Shown here: positions 1 to 11,400 of the stretch, one piece after another
Position numbering within the stretch: position 1 is the first letter of the stretch
How the letters are laid out: every line of letters begins with the position of its first letter
Source: Epithemia pelagica
Lineage: Eukaryota; Protista; Bacillariophyta
Direction: 5' to 3'
Length of the DNA stretch: 64,000 bases
Assembly (NCBI GenBank): GCA_946965045.2
Contig: OX337240.1
Span: forward strand, 806,001-870,000
Notes under the pieces: generated by a model
The model's input: the letters and a program-made list of their open reading frames with translations, nothing else
What the model was told of the DNA's origin: nothing
Databases searched by the model: none
Program-made: the position numbers and the translations under genes

Positions 1-3000
1 TCCCACTAATGGATTTTCGTCGTTTGGTCCCCTCCACGGCCGCTGTCTTGGGCGATAGCTGTGGTGTGGGACTACTACTCTCGTCCGGATCGTTCTTGTT
101 GTTGTTGTGGAGGAGAAGATCTTGTCGGGCCGTTTCCAATTGGGGAATCGCCTTGAGGAGGGTCGGATTGAAAATGCGGGCCAAATCAAAGGGCGATTGT
201 CCTGCGGTATTGCGCAAAAATATCGCTTCCGGAAAGCGTTCGGCCAAGAGTTTGACGACACGGACACTGGATTGCGATTGGGCACAGGCCATGTGCAAGG
301 GTGTATCTCCCGCGACCGTGGCCGCCTCCAAGGACTTTTTCGTACGACTATTGGCCGCAGAGGCCCGAATGAGAGAGTGGCAAATGGTTTCCGATCGTTC
401 TTGTTGCAAGGCCAAATGCAGGGGTAGGTAATTGCCATGGGAGGCAAGTTCCACCGCCTGGGGGTACACATCAATCAGTGACTGGACCATGGAACTGGAC
501 ACGCTGGAATTGCAAATGGCCACGGCCAAGGGCGTTCGTCCTTGAGAATCTTGCGCGGCACAGGCGTGGGGGCCACACAACGCCAAGGCTTGGACCATGT
601 CATGGGAACAAGGTTTTTGCGCACAGGCCATGTGCAAGGGTGTCACTCGTTCCGTCTGGGTGGACAACACACTGGCTTGGTGCATCCCTCGTGGCGATTT
701 TTTGCGCCACACGTGGACCAAGCGTTCGGCGGCGGCCCCCAGTTTGGCACAATAATGCAAAGGCGACCAGTGTTGGTAATTCTGCAACAAGAGGGCACAG
801 GTTGGGACCGTTGGGCTGCTACTATTGCTATTGCTGGTTGAGGAATCGATTCGAACACGGGTCGAAGGACTCGAACGTTTTCTTCCTTCCCGGGCGTTGC
901 TGCTCCCCGAGTGCCACTCGGAGGTGGATTTGGACAACAATTCGGCCAGTTTGGCCGTATTGCGGTCGAGATAATACTTTGGCTGGTTCGAACCTGACGA
1001 CGACGAATGACCCATGGACCGTCGCGTTTTCTTGGGTTCCTTGTTCTTCTTCTTCTTCTTCTTCTTGTCGTGCGTCCGAATGCTTTTGGAAATGCGGGAC
1101 AAGAGCAAATGGAGGGGTGCATCGCCCGTGTCGTAGCTTTGCGCGACCAGGGCTTGCGGGTAGGCCGCAATCAAGTCGTGGCAAAAGGTCCAGGGAATGA
1201 GGCTCGGATGCACGGCGACATAGTGCAAGGGATACCACCCACGGACATCGGGCAAGGCCGCGGCATGTCGCAAGTGCTGCAACAATTGCACCAAGACGAG
1301 TTCATGGGCGCCCCGAGCAATGGCGCCATGCAACAGGGTCAGACCGCGTCGATTGGCGTGCACGGCGACGGATCGCGGAACGCGCTGCAAACATTGGCCC
1401 AGGACGTCGTGGGCGGCCAATTCGGCCGCCATGCAGGTTTCCGTACTCCGATGCTTGTATTTGGCCTTGCTCAAACCGGGACTGGCCACCAACAAATGCA
1501 AGGGCGTGTCCCCAAAGTGATTGGTCCGTTCCAACAAGTGCGGCGCCAACACGACGAGTTGTTGGAGAATGGAAAACTCCAAGACGGAAAACGAGTGAGG
1601 CGTCGTGGTGGTGGTTGTCGTGGATGGTACTTCGTGAATGGATTCCGCCGCTTCGGAGGGATGGGAGGATTCTGATTCATCAATGGGAATCAAGGCAGGC
1701 ATGGTCACACCACCATGACTGTGCGAATGTCGTCGTTTGGCTTTCGATTTGGACGACGACTTGGTGCAGGACGGAGTGGACTTTTCCGGGCGCTTGCTGC
1801 TGGAAGATGGAGGACGACTTTTGACACGACTTTGACGTTTGGCACCGTGTTTGCTGCTGCTGCTGCGGCGGCGGGGACTTTCACAACTCGAACTCCGCTT
1901 GTCCCCACGGGCGGGCGACTGGCTGTGGGGACGACTCCGACTCTTGTCACGAGGATACCGACGACTGGGTGGCCGAGACCGGGATCGTCGGGAGGACGAC
2001 AAGGAGGAGCACGTTGTGGTGGTGGAGGAGGACGTTGTTAGCGTCTTGGGAGTACGACGACGACGGCGACTGCGGACATGAGCACAAACGGTATGCAAAA
2101 TGGTATTTTCGGCGGCATCCACGGCCGTGGTCAAGATGGATTCGGCCAGATTGAGTCGATCCAAGGCCTCCAAACACCGCAGGGCCACGGCCGGGGGAGC
2201 CTGGCAACAGAGGACTTGCAAAACGGTTTCCTGCGCGTCATTGCGGTGCAATAGCGCACGACGCAACAAGGACGGTGTGCCATACAATTGTTCGAGGTGT
2301 TGTTCCAAAAGGTCCCATTCTCCTTGACACAGGAGATTGTGCAGCACCTTGTCATTGTAATACTGATTTGGTTCGTCGTCCACATCACTTTCACTGCTGC
2401 TGCTGGGGAGCGGCGTGGTTCCGGGACTCGTACTATGTAGAGTATTGGTCATGTCCATGGACAAGTTGGACACCATGGTTTGACACTCTACCAGTTCCAA
2501 ATCGACATAGGGCATGGCCGTGTTGGCTGTGGCAGTCGTCGTTGTGGGAAGGGCGGCCGTGGCCATGCCCAACAAATCTCCCGACAAGGATCGTCGTGCG
2601 GCGGCAAGACAGGCCGCTTCATTGTCACTGTCATTCCAACTATCGTCATCGTCGTCATCCTCCAATTCCCACTCGGGTTCTGGCTCGTCGTGTGGTTCTT
2701 GGTAGAGGAGTGGTTCGTCGTCGTCGTCGTCGTCGTCGTCTTGTGGTGGTGGTGGTGGTTGTCCAGTCCTGTCCTTGTTACTGATAGTGTTGGCACCCTC
2801 TCGTGCGGTTTGGGTTCGGGTGCGGGATTTGCTTTGACTGCGTGGTTGCGGATCGGGAACGGTTCGTTGGACCGATCGGCTGCGACGACGAGGTCCATCA
2901 CTGGTCGTCATTCTTGTGGTCGATTTGGCAAACAAGTGGGTACCACCACCACCACCACGCAGTTCCTTGACCAAGGAACGAGCATCTTCTTGCGACGATA

Positions 3001-3031
3001 CAGGAGAGGACGTGTAGTCATAAATCACCAT
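1..3031 (-). CDS. Ankyrin-repeat protein, 3' end runs off the window
   Basis: Manual translation of the minus strand from ATG at 3031 stays open to position 2. It is absent from the ORF track, probably because it has no stop in the window. Repeated ankyrin motifs: GDTPLHLLVA, LTLLHGAIARG, WYPLHYVA, GDAPLHLLL, TPLHMACAQ (x2), RTPLAVAI, YLPLHLAL. Low-complexity S/R/D-rich linkers. Confidence 0.8.
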   Translation of the reverse strand, partial: MVIYDYTSSPVSSQEDARSLVKELRGGGGGTHLFAKSTTRMTTSDGPRRRSRSVQRTVPDPQPRSQSKSRTRTQTAREGANTISNKDRTGQPPPPPQDDDDDDDDEPLLYQEPHDEPEPEWELEDDDDDDSWNDSDNEAACLAAARRSLSGDLLGMATAALPTTTTATANTAMPYVDLELVECQTMVSNLSMDMTNTLHSTSPGTTPLPSSSSESDVDDEPNQYYNDKVLHNLLCQGEWDLLEQHLEQLYGTPSLLRRALLHRNDAQETVLQVLCCQAPPAVALRCLEALDRLNLAESILTTAVDAAENTILHTVCAHVRSRRRRRTPKTLTTSSSTTTTCSSLSSSRRSRSRPPSRRYPRDKSRSRPHSQSPARGDKRSSSCESPRRRSSSSKHGAKRQSRVKSRPPSSSSKRPEKSTPSCTKSSSKSKAKRRHSHSHGGVTMPALIPIDESESSHPSEAAESIHEVPSTTTTTTTPHSFSVLEFSILQQLVVLAPHLLERTNHFGDTPLHLLVASPGLSKAKYKHRSTETCMAAELAAHDVLGQCLQRVPRSVAVHANRRGLTLLHGAIARGAHELVLVQLLQHLRHAAALPDVRGWYPLHYVAVHPSLIPWTFCHDLIAAYPQALVAQSYDTGDAPLHLLLSRISKSIRTHDKKKKKKKNKEPKKTRRSMGHSSSSGSNQPKYYLDRNTAKLAELLSKSTSEWHSGSSNAREGRKRSSPSTRVRIDSSTSNSNSSSPTVPTCALLLQNYQHWSPLHYCAKLGAAAERLVHVWRKKSPRGMHQASVLSTQTERVTPLHMACAQKPCSHDMVQALALCGPHACAAQDSQGRTPLAVAICNSSVSSSMVQSLIDVYPQAVELASHGNYLPLHLALQQERSETICHSLIRASAANSRTKKSLEAATVAGDTPLHMACAQSQSSVRVVKLLAERFPEAIFLRNTAGQSPFDLARIFNPTLLKAIPQLETARQDLLLHNNNKNDPDESSSPTPQLSPKTAAVEGTKRRKSISG

Positions 3032-3584
3032 GATGATTGGTTTATAGTCTTTTTGGTGGTGCTTGTTGTGGTTGTGGTGAATGAAAGAAGAAACGAGACT
3101 GTTGTCAAGCGCTCTCTCTTGTGGCGATCGTATGGCAACAAAGTCTGTCAAGAGAGAAGCACCGTCGTCCCTCTGTTGGTTGGCTTCTTGTTGTGTTTGG
3201 TTTGTGGTTACTTGTTCTTGTTGCTTGTTGTGGTCTTGGGGGGAGTTTGGAGTTTGGAGTTTGGAGATTGGCACCTCGCGCAACAAAGCAGCAAACTTTC
3301 AAAGCCATCCGCACACCGTGAGGGGCTGTAGTAAGGCTTAACTCTTTGGTGTTATCACACTTTGAGACACTGTCTGGCATGAGGGAATGCTTTTCCGACG
3401 CCCGGGTCGCAATGGTAGTGTATCAAATTGTTGGGGTCGCGCATCCATGACTGTACACGCGTCAGAGCGAGTTCTACAGTATTCTAACGCTGGTCCGAGT
3501 AGCACCTAGAGAAAAATCGTGCCTACACGATGAATGATGAAGGAGGATGCAGGATGCAGGAGGAGGATGACGGAGGAGCTCAAT

Positions 3585-3790
3585 GATGGCCGATGACCCA
3601 TCTTACGGATCCACACAAGATCAAGATGGTCCATCACACCGATATCTTCCGTACATTCGTCAACAGGAACAACCTGATAATATATTACTGAAGCAATGGG
3701 AATCATCTCGATGGCCCATCCTTCCGGATGATCCACACAAGATCAAGATGGTCCAGAAAGGTTCCACCATCTTCCGTATAATAGTATCCA
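3585..3790. repeat. Imperfect tandem duplication, period c.122 bp
   Basis: ATCCACACAAGATCAAGATGGTCCA occurs at 3609 and 3731. The flanking ATCTTCCGTA and GATGRCCCATC motifs are also duplicated. Confidence 0.55.
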
Positions 3791-4828
3791 TCCGTGAGAA
3801 CACAACAGAATGGCAAGCAATGGTAAGATGGTGCTGCTACTTACGGACGGTGGCATTGTGGCCACGGCAAACTCAAACTCCTGGAACAGGCTAGTAGAGA
3901 TTGCGATTCCCGAACTGTGCGGCGGGGCCAGCGAAAAAGAGACACCACACCTACATGGAGATATAGCCTACTCTTATTCTTATGGTGTAGTCCCATTGGC
4001 AAGGATTGGTGACACGTACGAGCTCGTAGTGTGTCGAGTTCCAAGGACGAGGCGCTGGAAGAAGGGACAAACCAGAATCATCCTACGAAAGAATGAGGAT
4101 TCAATCACACATCCTTGTCACTGGTGTGGTCTGAAATCAGATGCCAGCTACCAGATTGCATCTCCCAACTCGAACGTTTGTGCCAGTCAGAAACTTATCA
4201 TATAACGACACGATAGAAATGAGATGCTCCTCATCCTATCAACGGATGTGGTACCTTGCCACCATCCGAGTCCGAGGTGCGATTGGGGAAATCATGATGA
4301 ATTGAGAGAGCATAGGCGCGATCTGTTTTTTGTGAGAGCGCGAGTGAGAGTACGAGTACACTGGCATTGGAAGTTGGAAGGCAGTGGGCTATTGAAAGTG
4401 CGAAATAAGGTTTTAAGCCTGTATGGACTTGATTCAGAAACAGGGAATGGGCAATACAAAAGGCAATTGTTCATCCGTGATCAAGATGCGATCCGCGGGA
4501 ATAGAAGGACAGAAAATCTCTCTTTTCCACCGATCTTTCTCCTGTCGGATAGGTCGCTTGTGAGACGCGAAAACATGTCGTTGTGAGGATGTGAGGCGTT
4601 TCGTGACAGCAAGAGGCGACCTAAGGCCATTCCTTTAGCTCAACAAAACCAATCCGTGCGGGCCGGGCCGGATTTGGTTTTGGAAATTGTGCCTAACGCC
4701 GTCCTTACGCATTCGCAAAACAAATCCAAAAGACCGCGCCTGTCCCCCATCCTGTCCCCCATCCTCCCAAATCAATGGTCGAGTTCTATCGCAAAAGATT
4801 ATGCCAACGATCGATAGAGTAGTGTTGG

Positions 4829-5385
4829 GGGCACGGTCCTGGAAGAGGGGTCACGGGTCATGGGTCACGCTGAGTTAAGGGGTCACAAAAAATGACCCCC
4901 GGCATGCCCCGGCATGCCCCTACGTAACCATTACGGCACCTCATGCAACATCAACACGTAAAGGACTTAGTAATTAAGGACATCATCTAAAGTGAACTCC
5001 TCTTCTTCTTCATTGGGACCAATAGTAGCTGTAGCATGTGCACTACTGGGGTTCCCCTTGATCCAGCAACCTCTCTATCCATTATCTCCTTCAAGACTGA
5101 CAAGTCGAACATTTGGCGAACGAATGACTGGGTATTACCTGTTATTGGAGGAGAAGGTGGTGGTCCCTCGACTTGTGTTCTAGGTAGACTTGATTCTCAT
5201 TCAAGAGAGTTTCCAGGATCATCACTGTCATGTTCTGTTACTGTCTGTATGTCAAATTCGACCTCAAAATCAACATCATCAACAGAGGTGGTCGCTTAAC
5301 AGTCGCGCTAAGTCGTGCGGCATGCCCCGACTATATTTTGCGATGAGGGGCACAGGGTCACGGGTCATGGGGGCATGCCCCGTGC
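4829..5385. repeat. Possible non-autonomous DNA-transposon remnant with clustered GGGTCAC / GGCATGCCCC motifs at both ends
   Basis: Multiple GGGTCAC(A/G) and GGCATGCCCC copies at 4847-4920 and 5319-5381. Short inverted ends GCACGG (4831) / CCGTGC (5380). No TSD found. Confidence 0.35.
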
Positions 5386-5599
5386 TTTGAAGTGTGTGGC
5401 TTGTACGCGTAGTTGTGCACAAAATCCCACTGTGAACTTGCACCTTGCACATTCATTGTGAGCATTCTCTGTGCCTAAGAAGGACTTGTCGGCTCACGTG
5501 CAATGCGCCGGCCGCCACGTCTATTGGACGAACAATACGCGCACGAATCAGTCTTGCCGTCTACCGGATGCGACCAACAAGTGACGTTGCAACCAATGA

Positions 5600-7330
5600 C
5601 ACGTCAACAACCAACGACACGTCAGCAACCACAACTATCAGAGTTGTAAACAGTGATCCAAAGTCCAAAGTCCAACGAAGGAAAAGATTCAAAAACATAG
5701 TCTCTGGACCGTTAACGACGATGGTTTCCAACACTTGGTATAGAGAATGGTTGGCGGGATTTACGCACATAGTCACTGTTCACCGTTCGATTCTACGACT
5801 TGATACTTGATATGGGGTGTTGTGAGCTTTGCTTTTTGTCTACGCCTTCTTGTGTCCTTTCTTCTTTCCTTTGTTTCTCACAGTTGACGAGTGATTCGCA
5901 GGGCTCAAGATCGTCGTTCGATTTCTTGTACATGCGTATGCTTCTATATGAGAAGGCTCTTCCCCCACCACAACATTACGAGGCTTGAGGAACAGAATAA
6001 GATATACGAGGAAGAGCTCAATGGGATTTGGTCTGCTTTTGCGCATGCAACAACCCAGGCCATGTCCAAGCTAGCAACTGCGAGCAAGCGGAAGGACTCA
6101 CGTAATCATCTTACAAGGCATGAAGGTCAAGATGAGGTTCAGTATGCTGGGTCGCAAGTAGGGATCCTAGTAGCCAAACACTGAAAATAAATTGGAAAGG
6201 AGATCTTTTTGGTGGAAAGAACAACAGTGAACATTATTCACTGCAATTTTTTGTCGGGACTCATCTTTTTTGTTTAAATTGTCTCGTCGGGCACGCTCCT
6301 GCGTTGGCAACAAGATCGATACAGATTGGTGCATGTTGGCGCCTTCCTTGATGCTCTTCTCGAGTGTACAGCAAGAATGAGATCGACGACCCGCAGGAAG
6401 TTGCTGGTGTAATTCAGTCCTGGGTGCCCTCCAAAATCCCTGGTCCCTCTCAAGGAGGCAACCATAAAAACAAGAAAACGCGAAGAAGAATCGTTGAGCC
6501 ATTTCTTGAATCCTTGGTTAACGAACTGAAGGCTAGTTTACCAAGGATCCAAGAAATGGCTCAACGATTCAGTTGTTTGAAAACAACGAAGCAGTCTTTT
6601 CTTACAGAACTCTGTCTCTGTAATAATTAAGATTACTTTGCTCTGAACCCCCAACTTGGTTTCTAGTAAACACAGATGAAGTAGGCTCCTCGTTCCCATC
6701 CGGATAACAATGATATGGCCTTTACGGATGGATCAATAGATTAGCATCCGAAACTTATGACATAATCATTGGACTCACATAGGGACGGACTTTCATGGGG
6801 TATATGTGCTCAGATCAAAGCGTGCACTGCTCGTACATTTGTCCCAATGAAGGAAACACTTTACCAATGATATGATATGATATGAGTGCTCTCTGTGTAA
6901 CTCCGAACAAGGCTAAGCTCTTGCAAGTCATTTCGTTTTTCAAGCATGGTGGATTCTTCAAAGGAGGCAAAGCACCCTTTTCCAAGGCGGCACGATCACC
7001 AACATGGCAGCCACATTATGATTTTTTGTCCCCGACTCCTTGTGGATGCTTCAACTCAATCTATCGCTCCATGTGGGACGAGACGGAGGCAGCGGTGGTG
7101 GGAGATGGATTCATTCTTGCGGTGAATGGATGGGATGCACAATACAACGATTTGCCAAGAATCCAAGCTCGCGGAATGGGACAGGGTGTGGTTCGTTTCA
7201 TTGGTCTGAACTCTGAACGTTCCAATGGCGTCCCACTCTGTCGGTTGTCCAGAACACAAGAACTGTGAGGGAGGAAGTTACGGGTCTCCGCAAACAACAG
7301 CAACAACAACAACTAGGAGCTGTGGTGGTG
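5600..7330 (+). pseudogene. Decayed gene-like block of unknown family, paralogous to 20030-22480
   Basis: Colinear near-identical stretches shared with 20030-22480, e.g. GAGGAAGAGCTCAATGGGATT, GATCTTTTTGGTGG(A/C)AAGAACAACAGTGAACATTATT, GGAGGCAAAGC(A/G)CCCTTTTCCAAG. Reading frames are broken by stops and frameshifts. Confidence 0.55.
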
Positions 7331-7569
7331 GGAGGAGAAATGCTAGAATGGTCACCCTTGTTGTATCCTCCAACACATAATGCGAAGACGAAAGATTCAA
7401 TTCCATTGATTCCATTGCACCCCAAACCAACATTTCTGCCACAGGTCAGTTCGAGAAAACAATATGCCATAATGAAGAATCACTGAAATCTGCCGAGCCA
7501 CGATCCATGCAATCGTCGAAACAGCAAAGATGAAACCATCGAATCTGACTCTGAAACGGAGATTTTGTA

Positions 7570-8175
7570 TTGAATGCAATAAGTCTCGACGGGAGCTTGT
7601 ACGAGAGGATCGTTCCTGTTATTGTTGTTATTGTTGGTCCACAAGAGTCCTTGTACCCATGTTTTTAATACTTGTTCACTCAAGGAATCGGCACATGGCT
7701 TGAGGAGACTTGTTGAAATCACTACGTTGGGGTAATTGGTGTTCTTGTATATTGTGTGGAGATGGTTTGGTTCTCAAGAGTAGGGAGGGACACGTCTTGG
7801 CATTGTGAGCACAGTGAGGTTCGTGCTCGTTGTGTGGATCTTGTTTGTTCCAGAAGGTTGTGTGTTTCACTGGTTGTTGTAGCCTTGGTCCTGATCCAGA
7901 ACGGAGCGGCTGGATCCGGATCTCGTGAACTGACCTGTAGTAGAGTTCCATCATTTGTCAAGCAGCCCACAATCACGGCCAACGCGAAAGCAGCACATGG
8001 AATGATGAAAAAGAGATTCTTTTTCTTCCGGATGATCCAGTGATACAAGTTCCTTGCAGTTTGGAAACTGGTTTTGATCATGTAACCGAAAATCCCATTA
8101 GTGTCTAGAAAAGTTCGTTGTGGTAGATCCTGCTGTGCATCGGAATTCTTGGTTTCGCTGTCGTCCTCCACCGAA
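7570..8175 (-). pseudogene. Truncated, frameshifted inverted copy of the 5' part of the sulfotransferase-like gene at 35356-36969
   Basis: Three minus-strand ORF fragments reproduce SVE(D/N)DSETK..QTARNLYHWII.KKKNL.FIIPCAAFALAVIVG, SGPRLQQPVKHTTFWNKQ and DSLSEQ(V/I)LKTWVQGLLWTNNNNNN.NDPLVQAPV, each in a different frame. Confidence 0.85.
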
Positions 8176-8432
8176 GCAGCAGCAGTTGAAGTTGAAGACA
8201 CAGAAGAACAAGAAGTAGAAGACGTGATTCAAGTTCACTCGAAAGTCTCAGTACTCACTCCTGTCAAGTTGGCGCAACACGCTAGGGGGATTTCGAATCT
8301 TCAAGGGACTGTCGTGAGATACACAAAGTCGGGTGAGCAAGTTTGGGTCCGCATTTGGAACAAGATCACGAACAAGTTTGAAGAACATCGAAGACAACTC
8401 AACAACGTGAAACTCATCCGAGAATCATAAGC

Positions 8433-11400
8433 ATGTCAGAAGCAAGACCTGACCAAGTGGACTCAGGTGGTCGAGGACGAGGACAACAAGGACGAGGTAG
8501 AGGAAATCAAGGCCATGGTCGTGGCGGACGCAACCGAGGAGGTACAACTAGTAAATTTGAAGGACAAGAGCCCTTGCTCAAAGGGTGCATTTTCGATTAC
8601 GCTGAAGACTCCCAAGCGAAGAGATACTTAAAAAACATAGAACTATTAATCGGTTACATCGGAACCAAGTTCTTGAAATACAACCAAGATTTTCAAGTCG
8701 CTGTGGAGAACCTCAACCTACAAGACCCAGTTGCACCAACGGAGCCAGGACCTACTGCAACCAACATCCAAGTCAAAGCGTGGAAGATGGAGTACAAGCG
8801 AATGATGGATAAGAGAGATGCAGTGGCAGATTTTCGATCTGCTCTATATAGTATTATATTGGGACAGTCAACAGAACTCCTCAAGGATAAACTTCGAGTT
8901 CACAAAGACTTTGGATCAATTCAAACCAAGAGAGACGGGATTGAGTTATTGCAACTCATAAAAACAACTACCTTCACCTACCAGCCTGGGAGAGTTTACA
9001 CTGGAATGGCAATGGATCGAATCCGGTTTGACTTTTATCACTTGAAACGGCATCCCGGTCAGAGTGTCCACCAGTTCTATGAAGTGTTTAAGGCGAAGGT
9101 GAAAGTGATAGAGGAACTTGGAATTATCCTCTATGATGCTGCCTATGTTGAAGAGATTGCTAAGAAAAATGGACGTTCTGGCAACGCCATCGATGAGGAT
9201 ACAATAGAAGCTCAAGAAAGAATGATCGCCAATCGCTTCATTCGAGCATGCCAGCAGAAGGAGTATGAAGCTCATCTTCATAACAACTTCCTAGATGGAC
9301 AGAATATTTATCCAGCTACCTTGGTCGATGCTAGAGCAATCATGGATGCAAGAATGTCAAGAAAACAAGAACAACAGAGTCAACATGATACAACAAATGC
9401 AAATGGAGGTACTGGTGTTGCATTCATCACCGATTCAACAACAACAACTACAAATCAAGGCGACACCCAAGGTGGTGTCAATCAACAAGGTTCGAATCAT
9501 ACTGACCATATATCAACTGTTGTTCCAATCTCACCTGTTCTTTCTCTTTCAACTTCCCAGACTAACATACCCAAGACCTGGATCCTACTCGACAACCAGG
9601 CAACAGTCCATGTCTTTTCAAATCCACAACTTCTACGAAATCAACCATCCAAGGCCCCACATCAGATAACAATACGGGGACATGGGGGATCCAGGACAAC
9701 AGCACTTCAAGGCAAATTTGACCCTTATGGAACGGTCTGGTTTGACCAAGGGGGCTGGGTCAACATCCTCTCATTCTATATCATTACCAAAACCCACAAG
9801 ATCAAGTATAACGATGACAACGATACATTCACAGTATATGACAAAAATGGAGACCAGGTGGACTGCTTCAAATCAAATGGAAAGGGTTTGTATTATACTG
9901 AGCGTAATTCAGATAATAAATCATGCCTAGTCACCACAGTGTCTAAGAATAAGCAAGGATATACGGAGAATGAAGTTGCTCGTGCTAAGGGAGTCCGGTC
10001 GCTTCAAGCAAAAGTAGGGCGACCAAGTGACCGTGAACTGTGTAAGATTCTGGACTCAAATTTACTTCCGAATTGCCCATTCACGAGTCATGATGTCAAG
10101 TTAGCAATGAAAATCTTTGGACCCGACATAGGGATCCTAAAAGGAAAAACAACGCGAAGACGCCCACACAAAGTGGAATTCCAAGAACTCGTTGACGTCC
10201 CCATCCCAGACAAACACAAAGATGTTGTTCTCAGCATGGATGTCATGCATGTTAATGGCGTGGGTTTCCTTGTCACCATCTCTCGGAATATCAAGTTCGG
10301 GACAGTCCATACCCTACCGTCAGTTACAGATCAGTCTGTCATTACGGCAATCAAACAGGTAGCGTCAATATATCGACGAGGAGATCTGAGACCACGTGTT
10401 CTCTTAGCTGATGGAGCCTTTGATACGACAGAGATCAATGCAGCACTCAACAACATTGGGATCAAGCTCAACCCAACTTCAAGAGAAGAACATGTTGGTG
10501 AGGTGGAGCGATACATACGAACGCTCAAGGAACGAATGCGTTGTGTTTATAACACACTCCCATTTCGCTATGTCCCAAGAATTATGGTGATTGAACTGGC
10601 AAAGTATGCTTGTTATTGGCTGAACGCTTTTCCAGCATCCCAAGGACTTTCCAACACACTCAGTCCTAGAACTCTCGTAACTGGGGAAATGATTGACTTT
10701 AATCGTCACTGCAAATTTGAATTTGGTCAGTACGTCCAAACTCACGAGCAGCATTCAAACAACATGGGACCAAGAACAGTGGGAGCAATTGCCCTTCGCC
10801 CTACAGGGAACCGCCAGGGAGGATACTACTTCATGAGCCTGGTCACTGGCTGAATCATCAACAGGAATCATGCAACAATTGTGCCAATGCCTGAAGGCAT
10901 CGAAAAACGCGTGTATGATTTAACCAATGCGCAAGATCGGTACCCTAATTTGGCATTTGGCAACCGTGACAACCGAATTGTAGCCCTCGAATTTGATGAT
11001 GATGATGAATCAAACGATGAGGAATTTATTGTTGACGAAGAAGAGCAAGATATTGATCTTAGGTATGATGAAGAGTATATTGACGGCGAGCTAGAAGAAG
11101 TGGATGAAGAGGTAGACGAGGAAGATGAAAACCATGGATTGGGTATGGAGTTCATCGGTGAGGAAGAGGAATGAATAGGAGATCCAATGGAGGAAATGGA
11201 GGAAATCAAGGAGTGGGGGATCAAGGAGTGGAGGATGTGGAAAACGATGATCAAGTATTCAACCAACCATCAGTGGAAGGAGAACCTTTAGATGGTCCGA
11301 TCAATGCTCCAGCTGAAAATCCAGAAGTGGAGCAGTATCACGAAGGAGAACTCAATGAAAATCCTATATTGGCAAATGAGATTGACCAACAGGACGAACA

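Noticed and set aside
9-3331. Plus-strand ORFs (e.g. 1007-1675, 2480-3331)
   Set aside because: Antisense shadows of the ankyrin gene.
3583-4586. Short ORFs (103-131 aa) as a gene
   Set aside because: No recognisable motifs or consistent exon structure.
8255-8305. tRNA-like/PBS motif (TGGCGCAAC..GGGGATTTCGAATC) in the copia-1 leader
   Set aside because: The T-stem pairs poorly and there is no adjacent LTR to anchor a PBS call.
8000-8432. 5' LTR of copia 1
   Set aside because: No similarity to 19806-20019 is visible.
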